From Candidatus Hydrogenedentota bacterium (lineage in GTDB: Bacteria; Hydrogenedentota; Hydrogenedentia; Hydrogenedentales; SLHB01), in contig BTUX01000001.1 of assembly GCA_045863315.1 (NCBI GenBank), positions 6,611 to 70,610 on the forward strand: a stretch of 64,000 nt of DNA. The letters run 5' to 3'. Under the pieces are notes generated by a model that was not told where the DNA came from, ran no database searches, and saw only the letters and a program-made list of their open reading frames with translations. The translations under genes were made by a program, and so were the position numbers. This document shows, piece by piece, positions 40,640 through 48,766 of this stretch (the stretch's first letter is position 1; the number at the start of each line of letters is the position of its first letter).

Positions 40640-42228
40640 ATGCCTTCCCGTTTCGCGCCTCTTCGTTTGTCTTGATTATCCACGCATTAACGTTCCACGT
40701 TGGCGAATTCACCGCATTCGCGCAGGAGCATGAGCCCGGCAACCGCGGCATGATCATGCGGCGCGACACACGGCCCCCCGAGCCGCCGCCACCGCCGCCG
40801 GAGCCTGAACACAAGCGCGACGCCGAACCTCCTCCGCCGCCGAGGCGCGGACTCGCTGACGCGCCGCCGGACTCGTCCGCATGGGCGGTGGGTCTCAACG
40901 AGTATTTCGAGACCCACCTGGCGAATCCCACCCCCGACGAGGTGCTGGGCGCGCTTGTCACGCGGATGAACCGCGCGACACTGGCGGGAACGGCGCCGGG
41001 AAGAGAGTTCGTCGCGTTCTCGGAATGGCTCAAGACCTTTCGACGCTCGCTGCCGAAGAACGAATCCGAAACGAAATCGGTCGAAGGTCTTTACCGAAAC
41101 GTGTCGGACTGGGTCGCGCTTGAATCGGAATACCACGACGGCGGGGACCGATCGGTGTTGAAACGCCTCGTCAGAGTCGTCCAGTCGCAGGCGGAACTCG
41201 ATCCCGGGCTTGATCCGGAGCGCCGGCAGCGCATCATCAACACGATTGAGAAGGACGGACTGTTTGTTCCCGCGGGCATACTTTTCGGTTACTCGGTGCT
41301 GCCCTACCGCAACGTGAAGGTCCCGGCGGGATACGTACCGCTCGAGGTCCCCGTTCAGCCCCGATTCGTAGACGTCGAGCGCAGGGCCATGGCGAACTAT
41401 GACTTTCTCGAAGCGCCTGGGCCGATTTTCCGGGTCGATTTCGACACGCTGCACTCCGTCGCGGTCCGCGTCGAACAGAGCGCGGACGGACAGAACTACT
41501 CGGTGGTCCAGGAGTGGACTTCGCAGCACCCCGGCGGGGTGCGGGGGCCGGTCATCCTCCAGCGGCCATTCCGTGCGCGCTACGCGCGCGTGACCTGCGA
41601 ATCGCAACGCGAAACGGCCATATTGCGCAATCCGCGCATATTCGCGTTGAAGGAACCGGCCGCCGCAATCTGTCCGTCGTCGAATGCCGTTCCCGTGCTC
41701 GATGCGTCGTTCAAGGAAAAGCCGTGGCCGTTAAAGGCGCAGATTGACGGCTTCGTCAACGTGGACCAGAAGGCGTTCGCGGAATCGCAGACCACGGTCC
41801 GTATCGTACGTACCAGCGGCGCTCTCTACATCGGCGCGTACTGTCGAGAAGCACGCATGGACACGATGGCCGCCGGGATGGACGCGCACGACGCACCGCT
41901 GTGGGACGAAGAGTCGTTCGAGGTGCGAATCCGCCCCGAGGGCGGGCCTGTGCACCGATTCATCGTTAATCCGCGCGGAGCGCGGTTCGAGAGCCGCGAC
42001 GGTGAAGATTCGTGGGACGGCGAGTGGAGCGCCGTGTGCAAGTCGTACCCGCTCGGCTGGGCCGCGGAAATTGAGATTCCCTTCGCCACGCTCGGCGCAA
42101 GACCGTCCACATCGGATTGGAGGATGGACTGCGCGCGGGTCCGCCACAATGTGGCCCGAGAACACTCGGTTTGGGCCTACGGCGCCGACGGCCCCGAATC
42201 GAACGGCGGACTGCTGATTTTCGAGTAG
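40636..42228 (+). CDS. Hypothetical secreted protein with Pro-rich region and CBM9/DOMON-like C-terminal domain
   Basis: Hydrophobic N-terminus, PPEPPPPPPEPE stretch and a beta-rich C-terminal half. ATGA overlap with the upstream gene, but native high GC. Confidence 0.4.
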   Translation: MNAFPFRASSFVLIIHALTFHVGEFTAFAQEHEPGNRGMIMRRDTRPPEPPPPPPEPEHKRDAEPPPPPRRGLADAPPDSSAWAVGLNEYFETHLANPTPDEVLGALVTRMNRATLAGTAPGREFVAFSEWLKTFRRSLPKNESETKSVEGLYRNVSDWVALESEYHDGGDRSVLKRLVRVVQSQAELDPGLDPERRQRIINTIEKDGLFVPAGILFGYSVLPYRNVKVPAGYVPLEVPVQPRFVDVERRAMANYDFLEAPGPIFRVDFDTLHSVAVRVEQSADGQNYSVVQEWTSQHPGGVRGPVILQRPFRARYARVTCESQRETAILRNPRIFALKEPAAAICPSSNAVPVLDASFKEKPWPLKAQIDGFVNVDQKAFAESQTTVRIVRTSGALYIGAYCREARMDTMAAGMDAHDAPLWDEESFEVRIRPEGGPVHRFIVNPRGARFESRDGEDSWDGEWSAVCKSYPLGWAAEIEIPFATLGARPSTSDWRMDCARVRHNVAREHSVWAYGADGPESNGGLLIFE

Positions 42229-42253
42229 GCCGGCCGTCTACTTCGGCATCGAG

Positions 42254-43222
42254 TCAGAATTGCGTACCCACCACCGTGCCGTCGTTGTTCTGCGTGGGCA
42301 GGGCGCTGGACACCTTGACCGTTCCGTCGTCTTCGACAAACAAGTACCACACCGTGCCGTTCGGCGACGCCATCTTGATGCACCCGGGCGCGTTACCGCC
42401 GCTGCCGTCCCACGCCGTGATCACGCCGCGCATGCCTCCGTCGGTCCCCGCAACGACATCGCCGCCCTGGAACGTGCCGTCTCCGGTGAAGTCGGCGTTG
42501 CCCGTTGAGCCGTCCAACGCAATCTTGATCGTCGATACGCCGTTATACACGACGTAGGAAGGCGCGGAGCCCACGGTGAACACATGGCTCAAATCGGTCG
42601 AGTTGTTTCCGGAATGGAGCGTGAACTTCTTCGAGCCGGTCGTGTTGGTGGCGCGGAACATGCGAAACGACGCGTTGCTCGAGCCGTCCGCGGGCGCCGG
42701 CGTCAGATCGATCAAGGCCGCTCCGCTCGATGCGTTCTGCCGAAGATCCAACTGTGTTCCCGTCTGCACGAGCTGCGTCGATCCGGTCGAACTCAACGTG
42801 AGACTGCCAAGCAGGGTCACCCCCGCGCTCCCCTTCGCGATCTCCATGGCCTTGACCGGCGTGGACGAGCCATTGCGCGTGCCGAGGTGCAGCTTGTCGT
42901 TGGCCCCGTCAAACCACAGTGCGCCGCCGTTCTGCGCATCGGCTTCGTTCAAATTCAGATAGGTCGATCGTCCCGAGCCGGCCTGAATGGTCGCGGAGTG
43001 GTTCGCGGCATTGAATGCGCCGACTTCGAGGTCGCCACCAACCGCCGCGTTTCCATCGGTCAGGATGTCGCCGTTCTTCTCGAAGTCCGCGCCCCCGTCG
43101 ACGGGCTCGCCATATCCTCCGCCGACTCGCAATTCCTCGAGGTACCTCGGGTTCGCCCCCACCGCCACCAGCGCCAGCGCGCTCACCACAATCGCCACGC
43201 ACAAGAGCATGCGTCTACCCAT
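42254..43222 (-). CDS. Hypothetical secreted Gly/Ser/Thr-rich protein
   Basis: Signal peptide MGRRMLLCVAIVVSALALVAVGA, then repetitive G/S/T/N-rich beta-like sequence. Confidence 0.45.
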   Translation of the reverse strand: MGRRMLLCVAIVVSALALVAVGANPRYLEELRVGGGYGEPVDGGADFEKNGDILTDGNAAVGGDLEVGAFNAANHSATIQAGSGRSTYLNLNEADAQNGGALWFDGANDKLHLGTRNGSSTPVKAMEIAKGSAGVTLLGSLTLSSTGSTQLVQTGTQLDLRQNASSGAALIDLTPAPADGSSNASFRMFRATNTTGSKKFTLHSGNNSTDLSHVFTVGSAPSYVVYNGVSTIKIALDGSTGNADFTGDGTFQGGDVVAGTDGGMRGVITAWDGSGGNAPGCIKMASPNGTVWYLFVEDDGTVKVSSALPTQNNDGTVVGTQF

Positions 43223-43312
43223 GACTCGTCTCCCCCTGGATGTCGCAACGCGCCCCCTCACACGATCGGTCTGTCCACCCGGTCGGCCCGCGCGTTGCAG
43301 TCACGTACGTTG

Positions 43313-44068
43313 TCAGGGGTTTGGGATCGCTCCCTCGGCGACGATGGCTTCCCGGCGTTTGCGGGCGGACTCGAGCCTCCATCCGGAGCCGTGGGGAATG
43401 TATTGATCGAGCAGGCGCAGGGCCTCCAGGGTCCTTCCCCGCGCCTGAAGAAGGGCCGCTGCATGGAAGGTATTGTGGCTGGCCGGGTCGAGTCGGCTCC
43501 CCTCGAGGTAGGCGCTGAGCGCGGCATCGGTGTCGTCGAGCGCTTCCAGCGCGGCCCCGATATGGTAATAGGCCAGCGCCCGGATCGGGTTGTCCTTCGC
43601 GAATGCAAGAAACGCATTGGCCGCCCGCAGCGCGGCCTCGTGCTCGCCGGATTGAAACAGTGCGGCGCACAACAAGTCGTGAACGCGCGCGTCGGGAAAC
43701 GTGGCAAGACACTCGCGCAACACGGGGACCGCTTCGTCCGGACGTTGCTTGCGAATGAGCAAACCGCCGAAATCCATCAGCGCCCATTCGCGCTGCCGCG
43801 GATCCTCGAACGGCACTTGAAAGGCCTGCCGGTAGGCAGCGACGGCGCCCTCCACGTCCCCCGCTTCGACAAGGCCCTTTGCGCGTTCCACGATCAATTC
43901 GCCGATGTTGCCGCTCAGCCGATCGACCAGCGGGCCTCCCCGGTGGGCATACGCGTACACACCGGCCGTAAAGAAGGCGAATGCGAGGACGCACACGGCC
44001 AGATACCCCGCGCGGGGCAACCGTTCCTCGTGGTATGGTCCTGGATGTTCCGGGTTTACTCGATCCAT
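43313..44068 (-). CDS. TPR-repeat protein with N-terminal membrane anchor
   Basis: Single TM helix, then several TPR-like helix pairs (AYRQAF, ALRAANAFLAFA, ALSAYLEG). Confidence 0.5.
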   Translation of the reverse strand: MDRVNPEHPGPYHEERLPRAGYLAVCVLAFAFFTAGVYAYAHRGGPLVDRLSGNIGELIVERAKGLVEAGDVEGAVAAYRQAFQVPFEDPRQREWALMDFGGLLIRKQRPDEAVPVLRECLATFPDARVHDLLCAALFQSGEHEAALRAANAFLAFAKDNPIRALAYYHIGAALEALDDTDAALSAYLEGSRLDPASHNTFHAAALLQARGRTLEALRLLDQYIPHGSGWRLESARKRREAIVAEGAIPNP

Positions 44069-44146
44069 CGATAGACTCGTTCCCAATGGCGACGTATACT
44101 ATTATGAGTGAATATCACGACCGAACGGCAACTTCAGATTCGTTGA

Positions 44147-45214
44147 TTGCAGGAAACCCGTCACTTGTCCGTACTTACCCTTGATCCGTTGACCGATGAC
44201 CGATGGACGTCCTTTATCGAAGGGCATCCCGAGGCGTCGATCTTCCATACGCGCGGCTGGCTCCGGGCCTTACACCGCACCTACGGATACGAGCCGACCG
44301 TTTTCACGACTACGCCTCGCGATCAGCCGCTGAAGAACGGGGTCGTATGCTGCCGCGTATCGAGTTGGCTCACGGGCAAACGCCTGGTTTCGCTGCCGTT
44401 TTCGGACCATTGCGAGCCGCTCGCGCCAACTCCGGACGAGCTTCGTGAGATTTTATGCGGCATTCAACAATGCGCGGATGATTCCGGTCTGAAATACGTT
44501 GAGCTTCGACCGCGAGTCCCGATAGCCGGCATCGCGGCCGTCGCGCCGGATTTCGGCGCCGGTGAATCATTCGCCCTGCACCGCATCGACCTCGCCGCGG
44601 ATGAAGACACCCTGTTCAAGAACCTGCACAACGACTGCGTGCGACGCAAGGTCCGCAAGGCGGAGCGCGAAAACATCGAGTACGAATCCGGCGCCTCCGA
44701 CCGGCTGCTCGACGAATTTTACGCGCTGACCCTGTTCACACGGCGCAAACACCAACTGCCGCCGCAGCCGCGCGCGTGGTTTCGCCACGTGCGGGACGGA
44801 CTGGGCGCGCGCGCGCGGGTACTGATCGCGCGGAAGAACGGCAGGGCGATCGCGTCGCTGTTCATCACGTCGTTTGGCAACACACACTACTACAAGTACG
44901 GCAGTTCCGATCCCGAATACGCAAACCTTGGCGCGACGCCGGCGTTGTTCTGGCGCGCAATTACCGAGGCGAAACAGGCTGGAGCGCGCTGGCTGGATCT
45001 GGGGCGCAGCGAACTGTCGAATGAGGGGCTGCTGGTGTTCAAGGACCGTCTTGGCGCGACGCGGTCTCCATTGACGTATTACCGCTTCCCCGCTCCCGTT
45101 GCCGCCGAAACCAACGGGGACTGGAAGACCGCCGCCGCGAAGCGCGTGTTCGCCGCAATGCCGGACCGCGCCCTGATCGTCGCCGGCACCCTCCTCTACC
45201 GGCACATGGGATAA
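44147..45214 (+). CDS. FemAB/BioF2-like GNAT-fold acyltransferase (peptidoglycan bridge / EPS-locus type)
   Basis: 355 aa with Acetyltransf_6-like collinearity (ASIFHTRGWLRAL...YVELR...FKDRLGA). Confidence 0.55.
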   Translation: MQETRHLSVLTLDPLTDDRWTSFIEGHPEASIFHTRGWLRALHRTYGYEPTVFTTTPRDQPLKNGVVCCRVSSWLTGKRLVSLPFSDHCEPLAPTPDELREILCGIQQCADDSGLKYVELRPRVPIAGIAAVAPDFGAGESFALHRIDLAADEDTLFKNLHNDCVRRKVRKAERENIEYESGASDRLLDEFYALTLFTRRKHQLPPQPRAWFRHVRDGLGARARVLIARKNGRAIASLFITSFGNTHYYKYGSSDPEYANLGATPALFWRAITEAKQAGARWLDLGRSELSNEGLLVFKDRLGATRSPLTYYRFPAPVAAETNGDWKTAAAKRVFAAMPDRALIVAGTLLYRHMG

Positions 45215-45251
45215 CGCGCGTGCGCCGCCTCACCCCCGGAAGGATAGCCCC

Positions 45252-46463
45252 ATGAACGACGCGCGCAAACGCATCGCGATGGTGGGGTACACCTTTTACG
45301 CTTCGGACGAGCGACTGAAGCGCCACGTGGCGAATCTCCTCGACGCGGGGTACGCGGTCGATGTCGTCACCTTGATCGATCCTCGGGGGGCCCGCGAGAC
45401 CGACGAAGAACACGTCTCGTTCTTCTTGCCGATGGCGCGGCATTTCGAGCGCCAGGGAAAAGTCCGCATGTTTCTGGAATACGCGCGGTTCACGGTGTTG
45501 GCGGGCCTCATCCTGCTGCGCAATCATCTTTTCCGAAATTCGTATGCCCTGATTCACATCAACAACATGCCCAATTTCATCCTGTTTGGCGCCCTCCCCC
45601 TGCGACTGCTCGGAGTGCCGGTGCTGCTGGACGTCCACGACACGATGCCCGAGATCTACCAAAACAAGGCAGGCGTGCCGGAGAGACATTGGATGATTCG
45701 CGCGTTGTTCGTTGAAGAACGGGTGTGCATGAAACTGGCGAGTTTTGTCATCACGACGGAGCACACGAAGTGGGAGCGCCTGCTCGAAAACGGCCTGAGG
45801 AAAGAGAAGTCGGCGGTCACCCTGAACCTTGCCGACCCGTCGCTGTTCCCTCGCTTCGATATCCCAGACGGACCCGTCCCGGCAAAACCCCACTTCCGGC
45901 TTGTCTATCATGGCACCTTGACCCATCGCCTGGGAATGGACATTGCCATTCGCGCCGTCGCCCTGGCTCGGAGCAGAATCCCCCATATCCGCCTTGAGAT
46001 CACCGGCGACGGCGAACAGCGACCGGAACTTCTCGCCCTGACACAGGAACTGGGGATCCAAGACGCCGTGCATTTCAGCGACGGTTTTGTACCGACAGAA
46101 GAACTAACGGAGTTGCTGAAGGGGGCGGACCTCGCGGTCGTGCCGTCCCGGAACAACATCGCGACCAGCCTGATGCTTCCGGTGAAGTTGTTGGAATATG
46201 TGCAGCTTGGCATACCGGTGGTGACCGTCGCCACGCCCACGATCACGCGATATTTCACCGAGGGCATGGTCCACTTCGTTCCTCCGGAAAATCCCGAAGC
46301 GCTCGCCGACAAAATCGTCTACCTGTACGAGCGGCCCGAATTGCGGCTCGAAACCGCGCGTAAGGCGCGGACCTTCTTCGAGCGGCACAACTTTGAAACC
46401 GAACGCGATACCTACCGCGCCGTCGTGCGCCGGTTGCTGAAAGAACCTTCCGATTCGCAATGA
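45252..46463 (+). CDS. Glycosyltransferase family 4
   Basis: GT-B fold with a C-terminal EX7E-like region (LMLPVKLLEYVQLGIPVV). Confidence 0.8.
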   Translation: MNDARKRIAMVGYTFYASDERLKRHVANLLDAGYAVDVVTLIDPRGARETDEEHVSFFLPMARHFERQGKVRMFLEYARFTVLAGLILLRNHLFRNSYALIHINNMPNFILFGALPLRLLGVPVLLDVHDTMPEIYQNKAGVPERHWMIRALFVEERVCMKLASFVITTEHTKWERLLENGLRKEKSAVTLNLADPSLFPRFDIPDGPVPAKPHFRLVYHGTLTHRLGMDIAIRAVALARSRIPHIRLEITGDGEQRPELLALTQELGIQDAVHFSDGFVPTEELTELLKGADLAVVPSRNNIATSLMLPVKLLEYVQLGIPVVTVATPTITRYFTEGMVHFVPPENPEALADKIVYLYERPELRLETARKARTFFERHNFETERDTYRAVVRRLLKEPSDSQ

Positions 46464-47854
46464 CAAACACCTTCCGCCAATACTTTCGCTGCCCGGACGA
46501 GTTCGACTGCTTTCGGATCACCACCTCCGCCGCGGCCGACCAGGGCTTTTTCCGCTTCGGAAACGACGCCATATGCTTCGGCCGCGTGGACCACGCGGAA
46601 CAATCCGTTTCGATGCCGGACGCCTTGTGGGATGCGTGTCTCGAATGCCGAATCCGCGGCGGTGTCTGCGATCTGCCGTTCGACCCGGATGAGGTGGCAC
46701 GAAACCTTCGTCATGAGAAATATGTACTTGGGGATACGGCGAGCGTCACATCAGGCGGTATGGCCGGCAAGCTCGTTCGCGGCGCGTACTACGCCGTCCG
46801 GCCCTTGCTGCCCGTCAACGTCCGCAAGCACCTTCAGCGGCGCGCGCTGCGCGGGTGGGACCGCATCCCGTTTCCGCGCTGGCCGGTGGATGTATCGGTC
46901 GACGCACTGATGCAGGAGTTGATGTCGCTCTCGATTCGCGCGAGGGACGGCGACTCGGTCCCGTTCATCTGGTTCTGGCCGGACGGCTATAGGGGAGCGC
47001 TGATCATCACGCATGACGTCGAGACCGCGGCCGGGCGCGACTACTGTTCGACCCTGATGGACGTGACAGCCGCGCGCGGGTTCCGATCGTCGTTCCAGAT
47101 TGTGCCCGAGCGGCGCTACGACGTGCCCGACTCGTACCTCGACGAAATCCGGTCGCGCGGGTTCGAGGTGAACTTGCACGGCTTGTACCACGACGGGCAT
47201 TTGTTCCGAAGCGGACCCGAGTTCAAGGCCCGTGCGACGCAGATCAACGCATACGCGAGGAAGTGGGGGGCGGCGGGGTTTCGTTCGCCGGTGCTGTATC
47301 GCAACGCGGATTGGATGGATGCGCTCGAGTTTGAATATGACCTGACGTTTCCGAATGTGGCGCATTTGGATCCGCAACGCGGGGGGTGCTGCACGGTGAT
47401 GCCGTACTTCCTTGGGCGCATGGTCGAACTGCCGCTCACGACGACGCAAGACTATTCGCTGTTTCACATCCTGCGGACCCATTCGCTCGACCTGTGGAAG
47501 CAGCAAGTGGATCGGATTCTGGCGAACGATGGGCTCGTGTCGATTCTTGTGCACCCCGATTACGTGATCGACGAGAAGCCGAGAGCCGCGTACGCGGCCC
47601 TGCTTGATTATCTTCGCGAGGTGTGCGACGCGCGGCGCGTGTGGGCCGCCCTGCCCCGAGACGCCGCGTCCTGGTGGCGCCGCCGCAACGAGCTTAAACT
47701 GGTCCAGCGCGACGGCTTGTGGAGGGTCGAGGGTGAAGGCGCCGAACGCGCGCGAGTGGCATTCGCGCGAATCAGCGACGACGCCCTGTGCTTTGATGTG
47801 GATGCTAGCCCGCATTTCTCACCAGTCGCTCCCGTTGACGGGAGCGACTGGTGA
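46460..47854 (+). CDS. Polysaccharide deacetylase-like protein (EPS-locus type) with N-terminal extension
   Basis: ITHDVETAAG and NLHGLYHD motifs resemble the NodB-homology catalytic motifs. ATGA overlap with the GT4 gene. The stop codon lies inside the downstream repeat hairpin. Confidence 0.5.
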   Translation: MTNTFRQYFRCPDEFDCFRITTSAAADQGFFRFGNDAICFGRVDHAEQSVSMPDALWDACLECRIRGGVCDLPFDPDEVARNLRHEKYVLGDTASVTSGGMAGKLVRGAYYAVRPLLPVNVRKHLQRRALRGWDRIPFPRWPVDVSVDALMQELMSLSIRARDGDSVPFIWFWPDGYRGALIITHDVETAAGRDYCSTLMDVTAARGFRSSFQIVPERRYDVPDSYLDEIRSRGFEVNLHGLYHDGHLFRSGPEFKARATQINAYARKWGAAGFRSPVLYRNADWMDALEFEYDLTFPNVAHLDPQRGGCCTVMPYFLGRMVELPLTTTQDYSLFHILRTHSLDLWKQQVDRILANDGLVSILVHPDYVIDEKPRAAYAALLDYLREVCDARRVWAALPRDAASWWRRRNELKLVQRDGLWRVEGEGAERARVAFARISDDALCFDVDASPHFSPVAPVDGSDW

Positions 47855-47995
47855 GAAATGCTCAGGAGATAGCAGAGAAGTCAATCGGGTGAGGATTTTT
47901 CACGCCAACAGCCCGTTTTTCCCGTCGCTGCATAAAGGTATGTGCCGCACGAAGCTGTATCCTTCATTGCCCGCGGGTGTGAAAAATCCGGGCTA
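47814..47995. repeat. Long copy of palindromic repeat element (hairpin core + 136-bp insertion + CCGGGCTA)
   Basis: About 95% identical to 32647-32828. Provides the TGA of the upstream deacetylase-like gene and the TAG of the downstream minus-strand methyltransferase. Confidence 0.75.
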
Positions 47996-48691
47996 GGATG
48001 GCTTCCTCGCCGCAATGAGCAGCCACGGACTCTGGCCGATCCATCGGCCGAGGCCCAGCGCGTTTTCAAAAAAGGCGAACAGCGGCACGAGGCGCGAATT
48101 CGAGCTGGCATGGAACGGCATCCAGACGAACCCCTCCATTCGGATCGTGTCGAACCCCGCCGTCCGCAATGCGTTCACGTAGTCGGCCGGGCGGCCCACG
48201 TTGTATTCCACGTTTCTCGATCCGCGCAGCGCCCGCAACGCATAGCGCCAGCTCCGGCCGTTGAGTTCGGTGAACACAAACCATCCGCCCGGCTTCAGGT
48301 GCGAATGAATTTTGCCGAAGAGTTCCTCGAACCGCACCGAAGTGAACGATTGGACCGATTCAATGCCGATCACCGCGTCGAACGGCTGGTCGAAGGATTG
48401 TGTCAGAAAATCGCCGCAAACGGTAGTGACGCCGGGAAGCTTTCGATCGCGCAGAATATTCAGGGCCGCTTCCGAAATGTCCGCGACCGTCACGCTGTGT
48501 CCGCGCTCGGCCAGCGGCGCGGCGAACCGCCCGCTACCGCCGCCTACATCGAGAATCCGCAGCTTCTCCCCGTGGAGGTGTTCAAGGAGAAACGCCAACT
48601 CCTTGCGCGTTTTGTAACGTCCCATGGCGTTCGCGTAGCCCCGCGGATTATTGACATCCCAAAGGTACGCATTCGTTTTCGCTTCTGCCAT
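47993..48691 (-). CDS. Class I SAM-dependent methyltransferase
   Basis: Motif I LDVGGGSGR, acidic motif II VADIS and motif post-I region. 232 aa. Confidence 0.8.
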   Translation of the reverse strand: MAEAKTNAYLWDVNNPRGYANAMGRYKTRKELAFLLEHLHGEKLRILDVGGGSGRFAAPLAERGHSVTVADISEAALNILRDRKLPGVTTVCGDFLTQSFDQPFDAVIGIESVQSFTSVRFEELFGKIHSHLKPGGWFVFTELNGRSWRYALRALRGSRNVEYNVGRPADYVNALRTAGFDTIRMEGFVWMPFHASSNSRLVPLFAFFENALGLGRWIGQSPWLLIAARKPS

Positions 48692-48766
48692 TGCATTCGC
48701 CCTGTCGTGAACGCACCGGAAAGAAAGATATTCTAGGCCACGTTTGCGAGTCGTGTAAAGGCGGCC

